A DNA stretch of 64,000 bases from the human T2T-CHM13v2.0 reference genome, Homo sapiens: assembly GCF_009914755.1 (NCBI RefSeq), contig NC_060930.1; one strand, 5' to 3'. The position numbers and the translations under genes were made by a program. This document shows positions 1-14,337 of this stretch, in pieces. Each line of letters begins with the position of its first letter. The first letter of the stretch is position 1. A model generated the notes under the pieces. That model was not told the origin of the DNA. It did no database searches and saw only the letters and a program-made list of their open reading frames with translations.

Positions 1-325
1 GTTTTATCAGTGCTCTGGTTTCAGTGTAGAATAAATTGTAGATATGAATGAAACATCTTTGCACTCTATCCGTTTTCCTTTGTGGATTCTTTCTTACTGT
101 TTTACAATGCTGTAAGCTGAGTCCACCTTTTAGGAGACATATTCTTTCTTAAAACAAAATTCATTTAATTCCTCAATATCTAGCAAGGCTATCCATTTTA
201 ATGATCTTGTTAAACGTCTATGTGTTTTTTCCAGTTGTTTTTCTCTTCTGAAAAAACATTGGCACACTTTGAAGCATTTTGAAAAATCTCTGCCCTCCTC
301 TCATCTTGCTAACCTTTAATTATGA

Positions 326-673
<348 letters not shown>

Positions 674-3368
674 TAAAACACAAACCAAAAGAGTTTTTAT
701 GTTACCAACTAATGATAATGCATAGAACTATTGCTCTAAATTGTCTTATGTCATTCATTACATAACAAAATATTATATTTTGTGAAATTTCACAGAAAGA
801 CTCATGGTCACCTTTATGATTTTTTATTTAATTTTAATATGTTTAATTGTAGCCAGCTTCAGGAAAAATAGCTATTTCTACTCTTATTACAGACTTAAAA
901 AATAAACTTTTGTTGTTTGAATTTCATCGTGGTATATGATGAGATACAGTTAATTAAGTGAGTAAAAATTAGAAACTAATATGAAAGAAAAAATACTCTG
1001 CAGATTAAAAATGAGGTTTTATATACAATATGGGTTAACAGTTTCAAGTTAGAGAGTAAGTTTTTATCTGAATAGCTTTAGTCCAATAAATTTCTAGTTT
1101 AAGAAAGATATTAGCTTTCACTGGAGAAATTACAGTTAATTTTCTACATTAATGAGTGTGTGAAAATAGTATAGTTTCTTTTTGCCATTTAATAGTATTC
1201 TTAATCAGTTCTTTGTTTTTTTGTACCAGAGTCCTTCTAAAAATATGTATAAACTTCAAAAATATTGAGGCTATTGCTATATTTTGCATTTGAATGCAGT
1301 CATTTGTATAAATGCTTTTTGTATTATCCTTGAAAAGTTTGTCACCTCATTCAGATTCTATATTTCTAGTGCTATAATTTCCTCATTTTTATAAATATGA
1401 TGAAGACTAGGAAAATAACTCTTTCAGATGCTACATGATACTTTTTGTATGCAAATTCATTGCTCTGGATATGACAAAACCAACAGTTTAAAGTCTTCTA
1501 GTACATTATTTAATCTTTTGTATGTAAACATCTCTTTTGTTTTTGAAGAAACTCACAATATTTTAGACTTAACTTTAACCACTGTGGCAGAGTGAGATGA
1601 TATAATCTTTAATATTTAAGAGGTTTATGAACTTTAGTTGGTAAATACAAAGAGCGAAAAAGAGGTATTTTGAAAATAATGCCATACAGGAATACCAGGT
1701 AAATATTTTTTCTAATATTCTTTGAAGTGTTTGTACCTTTAGAAATATTTTTGAAAATAAAAATGCTCCTTTATCTCTAATAACTTATGTCATAATTATT
1801 TATCCTTCCTGGAATCAGAATTTTGGATACAGTATTTGTACATTTTTGCTTGATTACAGTACTTGACACTGAGGAATGTTATCATAAATGTATATTTTTA
1901 TAACCCCATTTTGTCTATGACTGAAATAACAAATTAAAGTTTTTGAAGAATTCAGAAAATAACATGATTTGTTTTCACAACACATTCAGGTTGTTATTTA
2001 TGCTTGCTTGGCTAACTCAAATATTGGTTGCATTTGTGTGTCTAAGTACACTTTTTATGTTATAATCATTTTTAAAGTGTCAAAATGAACTTTGAAACTA
2101 AATCTAAAGAGCTAACCAAAGAAGAAATATTAACTCATTAATTATCATTTCAGGTTTAATTTGTCAGTAAATGTGGTATTTAAGGCATTAATGTGTAATA
2201 TAAGAATGAAAATCATAGAATAAATATGGGTTTTCTACTTGGAACCTCAAATAATCCATATGTAATAATTTTCTTTAAGTTATAGCTCAGTATTAAAGTA
2301 AAACGAATTAGTCTCTTGATGATATGTGGTATTCTATTGTGCTTACCTCTATGTGTCCCATTCATTTGATTTAGCTAGGCCGTATCTTTAGTGCAGTTTT
2401 GTTTTACAAGTATCTGGTTAAAACAAAAACAAATGATGCGAGGATTTAATTTTGTAACGTATCGTGCTTCATTGTTATTACGAACACGTTTAGTTGAATT
2501 TTTCAGATATTACCCAGATCTCTTGACATTCTATGGATCTATATGATCCTCTAAAAATTAGAAAAATAAAATTAATGTACCTTTTCAAACGGAAACAATG
2601 AAGCATTAACATTGCACTAGAAAGAAATAACTGAGTGGATATTACATGAGCATTATAGTCACTTCACAATGCTTTGCACACTGTTTCTACATAGCTGCCA
2701 CAAAGAAATCCAAATTCCTTAGGTTAGCAGATGAGACCCTTTCACACCTGTCCCTGTCCACTGCTGTAGCTTTATCTTTTGCTCCTCTCCAATTTGCACC
2801 TTTACTACAGCCACACTACATTTTAACTCTCAATTTCCCAAGTTTATACTCTCCCTTTTGACTGGAGTAAATCTTGTCTATTATTTTACCTTGCAAACTC
2901 TCACAAACATTTTATATTAGGCACTTAAAATGAGACATTAACTTGCCCAGAAAGCTTTCCCTAATCAAAAGGTATAATGGGTTTGGGCACAGAGCATAGC
3001 TTGTTTCTAAGAAGTGGAAGTAGATTTTCATTTCCTATTGCAATGAAAAAAAATGTGACTCATATATCTCATCTTTATACTTAGTTTATTTCAGGTACTG
3101 TCATAATCTAAAAACATGTATCTCCTTTTGAGAAAGCTGGGAAGGTATTTTGCTCATTTCAAACCATTTTCAGCATTAAGTCTAGATATCTTCACGCTGC
3201 GAACCCCTAAGCACATCTCCATTATCCCATTAACAGTATTGTATTCTTGTTTGTTGGCTTCTGTGTATGGGTGCCTTTTCACATATTAAATTCTTCTTGC
3301 TGTTAGGACAAATACCTAGTATTTTTTGTTTGTATCTCCAAGGCCTCAATTAGTGCCTGGTGGCATAA

Positions 3369-3428
3369 TATCTATCTACCTATCTATCTATTTGTCTATC
3401 TATTTACCTACCTACCTATCTACCTATC
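3369..3428. repeat. Degenerate (TCTA/CCTA)n microsatellite
   Basis: tctatctacctatctatctatttgtctatc... seen directly. Confidence 0.8.
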
Positions 3429-6400
3429 ATTTAAATTAAGAATGAAGTTGATTGCAGTAACTTTTTAAGAAAAGTATCATAAAGAAACAAATTATTTTTC
3501 TATACAATTCAAAATAGTAAATTAAATAATTATGGATTTAATGGAAATGATTCATTTTATTTATTCTGATAAATTAGGTTCTTGGGCTCAGTTCTTCATT
3601 TTTCTTAAGAAAATTTAGGTTGGTCTATATGATCTATATGGCTGTTTAACACATTACTTAATTTATTAAAATTAGCCATACGATAGTCCTAGATTTTATC
3701 ATACATTTGAGAACATACAGAAATTCAGTTTACTTTTACTTATCATAATTGTGTCTTTAACCTAGATGTCTTATATTTCAAAAATAAGGTAAACACTTGT
3801 GAGATCCATTATTTACTCAATAAATATTTATTGATAAATAAGTCTACAATGAATTGTGTTTTGCCCATTGAAGGAAAGCACGAATGTATTGGTGACTAAA
3901 TAGTTTGTCAGATATGTCAGATATAATATATATGAAGTTTAGCTGAATGTGAACTTTGTGAATAAAATTTATAAATAATGAATATCTTTCCATATTAAGT
4001 CTTACTTTTAATGATGATAAAATTATAATATATTAATTTATGGGTGAAAATAAAATGCCTTTTATAATACATATTGTAAATACTAGTGAAAACAAATAGC
4101 TCTTGATAATGATAGGCTTTCTCATAAGTTGTTGGATAAAGATTAATATGCAAAGTTTCACATTTTTAAATGAGGGCAGGTTAAAAATAAAAACAGAAAA
4201 TAAAGCTGAAATATGTGGACCTTCAAGCATTTAAAAATGGAAATTGCATTCCTTTCAGATAACCACAAGATGGTGTATCATAATTTTTATAAAAAATGGC
4301 TTTAATTGTGATGTAAATATTAATGCCTCAAGGACACATTGCTTTTTATTTATTCAAACTTTTAAAATACTCAGAACCTTTTCTCATCTGAATGTGTCTG
4401 AAAAGGTAACTAATCAACACATGCATTTTATAATTATTTTTCTTTTTGCCTTATCTCTTCTGTGATTTTAAAGATATTTCTACTGAAGTTTCACTGAGAA
4501 AGCAATCCAAGAAACTGTTGTGTATCTGAGACAATTATCACACTTTGGGTGTATGGATTTGGTTGAAAGATCTTGTGTCCCTCTTCTAAGACTTACTTTT
4601 GGCTATAACAAGCTGCTTAATATACTGAATTTTGTTGTTTTCTCTGATAATATTTATAATATGTTGGCTTTGTAAGCAAGAATTATAAGATATAATAATT
4701 TTAATTTTTATAAACTTTTTATAACATGGATTGTTTAAAATTCTGCATTTCTTAAATATTTGCATATGTCTACTTTTAACAGACATACATAATTTTTCTT
4801 TTTTTAGGTTTTCAGCAAGAACAGCAACATAACTTCTATAGTTTGATCTCTTTTTGTGTGTTTTGTATATAGAAAGAATATTTTTCCCATGTATTTGAAA
4901 ATGTATTTGCTTATACAAATTGTTTTTATTGAACTGTCTGGATATAAATTATTGAGTTTCCTGACATAAAAAAAATCTTAAGATGAAGCCAAAAGCACTC
5001 CATTTCTTATTAAGTGTAAATTAAGTAAATATGTCTAAGAAATAAAATATATATATATATAAATTATTGCTCAGATACTGAATTTGTGCAATAGGTGTCC
5101 CATCTTGAACACACATTTTTGTTGTCTTTAAAATGGTTAAAATGTATTTTTAAATCTATGTGGTATTGTTGTTTTTTTAGGACATAGTCTACTTTGGTCA
5201 ATGTAGCTGTTTCTATTATAGAACACTGGCAAATTTTACCTAAGACAATCTCTAAATAATTATATTTTTTTCTGGTGCACTGATAGTTCAAAAACATTTT
5301 GTGAGGGAACATAGAATGTTCTTCAGTGTTTAGAGGAATAACCAATTTGGAATACAGCTATAAATCAGAGTAGTAGAAGCACAAATGAACAAAACATTTC
5401 AATTTGGGGGATGATAAGAAGAAAATCAGAGGGTTTAGTTTAAACACGCAAGACTAGGGATCCTATTTTAAAGGTCATTTATAAGGAAAACACGTAGCAA
5501 AGCCAACTAATTCTGTATTTCATGGAAACAGAAGAATGAAAACAGGTTGTTTACAGATAGCTACGTATAAGCTGCTGTTAAAATTTTAAATAATTAGTTC
5601 TAACAGGAGCAATGCTTTTTAGAAGAATATACTTTTGGGGTAAGGTATAGGAATGCAAACAGTGTTATAAATTATCAGTAAAAATGTTATGTCAATATTT
5701 ATGTTTTGCCCAGTAATGCCTTTTTAGAAACTATAAGATATCTATACTTTTTATTAATTACATTTGATGTAAGAAATTTTAGCTGAACTTAATTTTACAG
5801 AAGTTAAAATTTCTAAGTAAATTTTCAGTGTAAAAATTATAGCTGTAAAGCATAATTATATAATAATATCATATTACTTTTTCTTAAAATGCGTTTCACA
5901 GCTATATTGACTAAAGTTGTGTTGATTCTTGTCAGACCTTATGTATTAATTTTTTAACTTGTTCTTCACAAGTTAAAAAGTATAAATAAACTTTGGACAA
6001 ATGTCAATTTTTTTATTGTTTTTATATCACTGCCTTTCTTTGAGAGCTGAGTGTCTTTCAATTTCCATGAATGATCTATATAATGACTAATTGGATGAAT
6101 TTTTAAAATGTCTTGATATACAAATATAAAATACTGTACTTTGAAATGAGGTGTCAATCTTCATTTTGCTTACTGATCTACTTCCAAATCAGCTAAAGGA
6201 TTTTTAGGTCATTTGTTTATGATAACCCATACTCTTTGTATCCCCACAAATAATTATTTTTAATTAAAATAATAGCTTAATAGATAATTTTACCACCTTA
6301 TTTTTATAAATGACTTTAGTTTTTAAAGTGTAATACCACATTTGAATACAAAACTACCCTAAGAGCCATGTAAATATTATCATCTATATAGTACAGATGA

Positions 6401-9003
6401 GGATAATAAGTATCTCAAGGGTGAAGTTGTTTTCCAAGTTCAAAGATGCCTAGTCTAACAGTGTTTCAACCATATCAAGCTGTACAGAATGGAGGCAGAA
6501 TATTTAACTATTCTTCCTCCTTGAATTTTTCACTAAGGAAATATATGGATTAGGAGTTTGAATTAGATAAACAGATTATGGGCTTTGGTCATAAGCAGCC
6601 TAATAATTTCACCTTCCTAGATAGTAAGCATGAGTTATGGAATTAAAAAGACTTGGAAACATAACTTTGTTTAACCTTAGATAAAATTACTTAGCCTCTC
6701 TATTCTTCTTTTTAAATAAATAAATAAATGAAACAATGAATAAACAAGTTATGAATCCATAAAAACGGTGTTTTAAGAATTAATTAAGATAGTTAATATA
6801 CATAGAGGGCTTCTTTGCACATAACTGGCTTATAACAAGCAGCTCTTTTAAAAATAATATCATTATTATTATTTGTAAAGCTGATACATTTTAACTGCCA
6901 CACCTTATGAAAAGAAAGTTTTCTAGCTTAAGCATTAGTTATTTGGATGTAACTCTTAAAAAAAATCGTATCATTATGACTACTAGCAAAAATGTGATGA
7001 TTAGTATTATTTTTTCTAAAAATGCATTTCACAGCTATATTGATTAAAGTTGTGTTGTCAGACCTTATTTTTTTTTTTAACTAGCTTAAGTAGGGGAAAT
7101 TTAAAAGTGTATAATGATCCTCAATTTTTCTCCATCCCATTGTGTTTGCAAAATACAATATGAGGATATTGGGTAACTGTTTCTGTTAGAGTAAAGGTTT
7201 CTGAGAATATTTTAATATTTGATAATGTTTATCATTGTGAAATAATCCAGGCTAAAGCATAACATGATTTATAATTTAATTCACTAAGAAAGATATGTAT
7301 TTCTTTTGCCCTCATAATTTTTTTCTGTCTGCTGTATAATTTAGTATTCAAAAAATTTACATTTAGCAAGAATAGAGTCCAGGTAAAAAGCTCAGCTGAG
7401 AATGAAATCATCATTAATAAGGCAGGCTAATATGATAAAGCTTTCATAGATGGAAGTTAAGATAATAGAGTTCCTGTCTTAGCTCTGAGACTAGTTAGAT
7501 ATATAACTTGACTTCTTAAGTTTTAATTTTTTCTAGCTATAAAACTACAGTGATCAGTAGGATCACGAAAGATGCTACATGTAAAGTTTCTTTTGACTGC
7601 TGAATAGCTTATGTAAATAATAAAACTTTTTTTTAAAGATAGCTGCTCTAAAACCAAATATCAAGAACAAGGTTGTATATATTTTTTTAACATGAGTGAT
7701 TTAGCCAGTCATTTTCCATCTTTCATTGCTTCACTGTTATATTCATATAGCCTTAGGTCAATTCATACTTCTGATGTATAGCATTAACTGTTTGATGTTT
7801 TTAAAAGGCTGCCAATCAAAACAGTTATATTCACAAGAAAAAATTTAACGGGTCACATTAAATGACATTTATTTTTGTTATTTAACACACCAATATTATG
7901 TAAAATATTATATCTTATATCCTATGAATATTTTTTCCATTTTAGTTATTATTATTATCTAATGTGGTAGAATAATTTTCTGCAACTAATCACAGTGACT
8001 GTTTTGATTTGTTTCCACTACATGTGACTTACTATTCTTGGGCAAATGGCCTATAGAGTCAGAAATTAATTGGAGAGTGTCTAAGAATATATAGTATATC
8101 CATAATTAGTTAACAAATAATTTAAATGACAAACACAAAATAAAAGTTTGGTTGATATGTACTAGAATATATTAGACCACTGAGGTACAATAGTATCTTA
8201 TAGATACCATTGATAGGAGTAGCTCAAATTTTGGTAGGCTCCAAGTAGGATAAGTAGAAATTGTATGTAGAAATGGTTAGGAATTATTCTGAATGAATAC
8301 TAAAATATCATTTAGTTATTTTATACTATCAAAATTAGGCCAGCGAGATACACAAAATAGGATTTCCTCCTTAAAAATAAATACTAAATGCAGGCTTGAA
8401 AGTAACATATTTTATGATATTTCTTGACCAATGAATACATATATTCAAAAAGAGAGTGATGAGCATAAAAGTTAAATCATGCTGGTTATTTTTCTTCAGA
8501 TACTGTTTTTCAAAAATAAGTATATTGCTAAACATAATGGTTTTAACTTTAAAATGAAGCTACATATGTCAATTATCAATGTGGAGCATGATTTCAACTA
8601 CACTTCTAATATAAAAAGAAATCTGTGCTTCTCCAAATGCTGTCACATCATGTTATTATAAAAATATATCTTTTAATTAGGAAGTTAAGCTTTTAAGAAT
8701 AAATATTCTGTAACATCAACAATGATATTCTTGAAAACATTTACCTGTGGACTATTTATGTATTTTCTTATTACATCCAAAATACAAAATAGAGCTCTTT
8801 AAAAAAAAAAAGCTCTATAAAAAAGCAATGTAAATATGGCCAAGTTCATACTATCAAGATTTCCAGATCTACATTGTTTCAAGAATTAGAGATGTGTAAA
8901 TATAAATTGACTAATTAAATATAATGAATTTTATTAAGAGTTTTACTAATTTAAATGCAATTATACATGCTAACAGCTCAAAGATTTAAATTTTCATTTT
9001 CAG

Positions 9004-9051
9004 GAATCTTCTATTTGGTTAGTGCCACCATACCATCCAGACACTGTTTAG
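9004..9051 (+). CDS. GRIK2: Alternative cassette exon encoding the GluK2b (GluR6b) tail ESSIWLVPPYHPDTV*; full exon 9004-9090 (87 nt)
   Basis: tttcattttcag|GAA acceptor, branch-like TGCTAAC at 8968-8974, phase 0 matching the upstream exon, TAG at 9049-9051, donor ATG|gttagt at 9090/9091. Peptide matches the known GluK2b tail. Confidence 0.93.
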   Translation, partial: ESSIWLVPPYHPDTV

Positions 9052-9249
9052 TAATCTTTTGAAACTTACTAAAAGAGGTTTTTAATAATGGTTAGTATCC
9101 TTGTGCCTTTCTTTTTTCTTTTTGTAGTCTGTTATATTAATGTGGAGAAACATTTTTATTGTTGTTTTCATCCTAAGGAACTGACCTTATTTAATGACAC
9201 AGTGCGTGGGTTTCCACCCCTAAATAGTGATTTTAAAAGCAAGATAGTT

Positions 9250-9550
9250 GTCTTTCTCTTTCTTCTTCCCTCCAGCTTTCCCTTTCTTCTTCTCCTCCTT
9301 CTCCTCCCTCTCCTTCTCCTTCTCTTCTCCTTCTCCTCCTTCTCCTCTCCTTCTCCTCCTCCTTCCTTTCCTTTCCTTTCTTTCCTTTCCTCTTTCCTTC
9401 CTTCCTTCTTTCTTTCTTTCTTTCTTTCCTTTCTCTCTCTCTCTCTCCCTCCCTCCTTTCTTTCTTTCTCTCTTTCTCTGTCCATCTTTCTTTCTCTCTT
9501 TCCCTCTCTCTCTTTCTTTCTCCACTTCTTTTCTTCTTTCTTCTTTTTTT
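9250..9550. repeat. ~300-bp polypyrimidine low-complexity tract
   Basis: Almost exclusively C/T (CTT, CCTT, CTTT, CT units). Confidence 0.95.
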
Positions 9551-10838
9551 AGTATAACCAGGAAAATTACTGCCTAGTGCACTTGGGTTTTGAGACTTAT
9601 TTCATAGTCCAATAAAAAGATTTAAAATAAATTTCAATCATTATATAAAGTATAAAAGACAATTTGTCTCTACTTAATGATAATACGTTAGAATTTTACT
9701 TAAAAGTTAGACACAGTAAATTTTGGGCAATGTACAGCACAGGGAAACAATTATATTTCACAAAACTCTGTATAGTTTCAGCTTTAGAGACTTATATAAA
9801 TCAAGATATGGAATTTGCCTTGTAAACCTTTAAACAAAAAGAAAAGAATGTATATTTGCTCTAGTACCATAAATGAACAGTTCTTTGTGATATCCTTGAA
9901 TTTGTTTAATTTGCCATGTTAATTGTAAAATCTTGCTCAAATCTAAAGATTATCAAGTTTTAAAATGGGTTAGAATTATTCTACAAATGAGAAAAGAACC
10001 TATCGTCTCACAGTAACTTTATCAATAACCTAAATAAACCTATTTTTCATGTAAACTTACATTGATAAATAACAAAAGAGCTGGCAAAATTCATCTTATT
10101 CAAAGAGAAAATTAATAAAATTTGTATTTTGTCATTATGTAATCGAGACCATTGATTGACTTATGAAAGATTGCTTGATTAAATTTTTACTTTCTAATGG
10201 CTTTGTAAGCTAAATAAAGTCTATGACGACAATGGTGATTTACATGTTTACAATTTTGAGATAGTTGTAAAATTTGTAAATATAATTTATTTAAGACAAT
10301 TTCAAATTATAAAAGATAATACTATTCTGGTAATTGATTAGAATGGGCTTTTTTCAATTTACATTATCTATTACTCAGCAATATAAACTTAATATTATAT
10401 GAAATTGCTTAAAATGGTTTTAAATGTTCTTATTTGTAGTCTGAAGTAAGTATGGGGTACTAAACACAGAGTTTACCTCTTAAATTGCTAGAAATAATAT
10501 TGAGTCATTTCATAGTTGAGCTTGTATGCACATGTGTAAGATTTTTTCCTAAGAAAGTTAGTTACTTAGCCTACTCCCTTACTATAGGCAAATTATTAAT
10601 TAACATTTATACTCTATTCTGTTTTGAAAGTAATGTAACCAAAATATCTGAAAATTGAGATTGCCAAGAAGAAGGTGTCATAAATTTTTGAAGATTTGGG
10701 AAATTTATTGGTTTTAAATGAAGGTTTATTTCAAACGATTCAATGTTACACGTCCTATAACAATTTTAAATGTCAACGGGATCAAGTTTTGACCATGTTA
10801 TGTCATCTAATTAATTCTTCTGTTAAATGTTTCAACAG

Positions 10839-10955
10839 AGAGCCAAGACTAAGTTACCTCAAGACTATGTATTCCTCCCTATTTTGGAGTCAGTTTCCAT
10901 TTCTACAGTGTTGTCATCATCACCATCTTCATCATCATTATCATCATGTTCTTAA
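10839..10955 (+). CDS. GRIK2: Alternative exon encoding the GluK2c (GluR6c) tail RAKTKLPQDYVFLPILESVSISTVLSSSPSSSSLSSCS*
   Basis: ttcaacag|AGA acceptor, 38 codons then TAA at 10953-10955. Candidate donors after 10970 (ata|gtaggt) or 10974 (tag|gtatta). Peptide recalled as the GluK2c tail. Confidence 0.85.
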   Translation, partial: RAKTKLPQDYVFLPILESVSISTVLSSSPSSSSLSSCS

Positions 10956-11349
10956 TAAGTACATCTAATAGTAGGTATTAAGCAACAAGAAACACTGTTT
11001 CCATATACTGGCTGTCAGGTGCCACATAAATCCTTTAATAGAAATATAATTCATGAATTGCAGAACTGCATAATTTAACACATAATACATAATGCATGGC
11101 AATGACTCTGTAGTTAATGGGGAATTCACAAGTCACATTTAATCATCACCCATTACAAGTGCTAATATATTAATATTTTTATTAATTTAATGTTATTAAA
11201 CAAATGCTAAAGTTTTGCCTAATTTTATTAGGCAAAATTAATTGTATGCAATATATTTTCACTAGGTTTCTAAACCTGAAAATTTTTTAAGCAATTGAAT
11301 TAGAAACATTGTTAAATAAGAATTAAAATATTAGAGTCCTGTGTATCTA

Positions 11350-12030
11350 TTGTTAATTCAATCAACATTTAAAGAGCTTATGTGTGTACAAGCAGTGCCG
11401 TGAGAACTTGACCTCTGCTCTACACAATTCAGGGAGAGAGATACATAGAGCACTGGCAGGCCAGACAGAAAAACAGGATAATGAGTGGAAAATACTGACA
11501 GAATAAAACAAAATCAAGTTGTGAAAACAAAAGAATGTGCCTGGTCAAGTGGAAAGGGCTTCCTAATTAAGTTAAAACTTGAGCCATGTCCTGAGGTAGG
11601 GGATAAAGTTGGGATGATGTGAAAGATGAAAGAACTCAGCAGGGTACCAGAACAAGGAGAAACAAAGGAAAAATATTAATGGAAGTCCCACCAATAAAGG
11701 GAGTGTGAGGAGAAAGAGAGAGAGATGGAAGCAGTGGGGAAGGGAGAAGAGGGCTAGATCAGAGAAGTCATGATGGAAAAAAATAATAGATTTGAGTTTG
11801 ACTTGTTTCCTAAAGGAGAAAATGCTATTAATAATTGATATTTTAAAAATAGATTATCCGGGTAATTGTGAACCTTTACAGAAGAGTGGCGTAGACGTAG
11901 AATTAGGAAGACCATTAAGGAAACTCTTTAAGGAGTCCATCAAAGGAAAATTAGGATATAGCCAGAGATTGACAGGAAGGTAATAGAGCAGTGTCAAAAT
12001 CATAAAACTAGATATATCAGGATATGTTGC
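11350..12030 (-). mobile_element. Degraded L2 LINE fragment
   Basis: ttcaatcaacattta-type L2 3' end followed by purine-rich L2-like sequence; boundaries approximate. Confidence 0.5.
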
Positions 12031-12164
12031 TGGAATCTTAGGTGTGAACTGTAGAAAGTTATCCAACCTCTCTCTGAATCAGTTTTCTCTGACACACAGA
12101 TACCTAATTAATTCAAAGTATGTTTAGACTGGCACAAACTGTTATGAAAACAATTTTTTAAATG

Positions 12165-12405
12165 TATTTTTAAGTTAACATATAAAATTGTATGTATATA
12201 TCATATATAACGTGTTTTGATGTATATATACATTGTGGAATGGTTAGATATGTCTAATTAGCAAATGCATTACCTCACATATTTATTATTTTTGCAATGA
12301 GAACACTTATTCACTCTTTTAGCACTTTTCAATAATATATTATTATTAACTATAGTGGCCATGCTGTGGAACAGAGCTCTTGAAATTTTTCTTCCTGCCT
12401 AACTG
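12165..12405 (-). mobile_element. L1MA-type 3' end fragment
   Basis: Resembles the antisense L1MA 3'UTR (cattacctcacata...taactatagtggccatgctgtg). Confidence 0.65.
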
Positions 12406-13388
12406 TAAATATGTATCGGAAAATGACACACATATGGTCTTAAATATTTTCATCATGTTGTCTTAGAAATAGTCTAAGTTCATAATCAATAAAGCAGCTA
12501 ACGCACAAATAAGTCTTCACATGTATCTCAATCAGTTGGGGAGAGACACTAACAAAATTTTGTTTCATATATATGACTCTACAATATAAATTTTGAGGAG
12601 CTGTAACAATAAGCCCCAGATAAACAGAGGTTCTAGCAAATCTATTTCCAATGAGATGGGAACTAAGACAAAAGCAACATAGGGTCATATTTTTTCTCAT
12701 TTGATAAATTATCAGCTCTCAGTTATCAAGCTAATGATGACAAAAAAGTTAATATTTGTTTGTAGATGTCTAACATGCTATAATTTGTCATTTCATGATT
12801 AAGTCATATTTGTTTGTAATCACTGTCAATGTTTCTATAGGCATAATCACAAAAAAGACATAATGAAATGCCAGAAATTGTTTTCCATATTTTATGTCTG
12901 TGTGAGTGCTATCTTTGTTTTGAGATGTACAATGAAGAATCAATGTTCAAACAACATTTGCATATCTCATCTTGTGATCTGAAAAGTAGTATGATTTGTC
13001 TATTTTTTTGTATCAAGAATGGGTTTCTGGTATAGAATTGTCATTGTATTTAAATTTTAAAGTAGATGTCTATGTCATGCTAATCATTTTTATATAATGT
13101 CATAGGAAAATTTTATTTAATATATGTGTAATATATACATTACTAGCTGGTTGTTCATTTCAGTATCGGGTGGAGATTTTCTTTAAACTAGCCCACTTTT
13201 ATAGAATATTTTAATTATCATGGGTTGAGTGTTTAAAGTGTGACATTTGTTATAACTTTTACAATGAAAATTTTCAAACCTTCAAGGATGTTATGTGACA
13301 AGTCTGTTGAGGATGATTTTAATATTGATCTTGGACAGTTACAGTTTATGTATCTTGTAATATTTAATTTTTCTGTGTTCTTCTGTAG

Positions 13389-13553
<165 letters not shown>

Positions 13554-14337
13554 AGCTGGGAGGCCAAACACCCAAGCACAAACTGTCGTCTTTTTCCAAA
13601 CAATTTAGCCAGAATGTTTCCTGTGGAAATATGCAACCTGTGCAAAATAAAATGAGTTACCTCATGCCGCTGTGTCTATGAACTAGAGACTCTGTGATCT
13701 AAGCAGTTGCAATGATCAGACTTGATTTACAAGCATCATGGATCAACCAAGTTACACGGGGTTACACTGTTAATCATGGGTTCCTCCCTTCTTCTGAGTG
13801 AATGTTAACATGCGCATTTTGTGGCTGATTTCAAATGCAGTCCAGTGAGAAATTACAGGTTCCTTTTGAAGCTCAACTGTTGCCAGGAGATGGAATATCA
13901 ATGCCCAACAGGGCAACCAATAAAAGTGTCACTAAGAATATAAATATTTGGAATCAGCAAAAACTGTAGTGTTACAGGAAACAGTACAGTCTTCTGAACA
14001 CCCAGATCATAGAGGTGATGATGTTACTAGCCCCCAACTACTCAGTATAATTATTGTCTGAATGCAAAGTATGTGTTTATAGGATGTGAAAAAATGTAAT
14101 GCAAAACAAATTTGAATCCCATGGCAGTTGGAATATAAAGCAGATGTTCATCACTTATTTTCCTTTTTTCTTTTCTTATTTTTTTTTTTGACAGTCTGTG
14201 TCACTGATTGAGATAGAAATGCCAATTATCAAGGAAATAATGTTTTCTTAAGTTCCCTAAGGCAGAAGATTTAACATGCAATTCTACCAGATCCCTTCCT
14301 ATTCCCCCAACACCTTTTCTCTAACCCCCATATCCCA

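Noticed and set aside
9088-9577. 105-154 aa F/L/S-rich and E/R/K-rich ORFs
   Set aside because: Artefacts of the stop-free polypyrimidine tract.
10696-10968. 90-aa ORF with poly-His
   Set aside because: Alternative frame of the (TCA)n tract in the GluK2c exon, with a non-ATG start.
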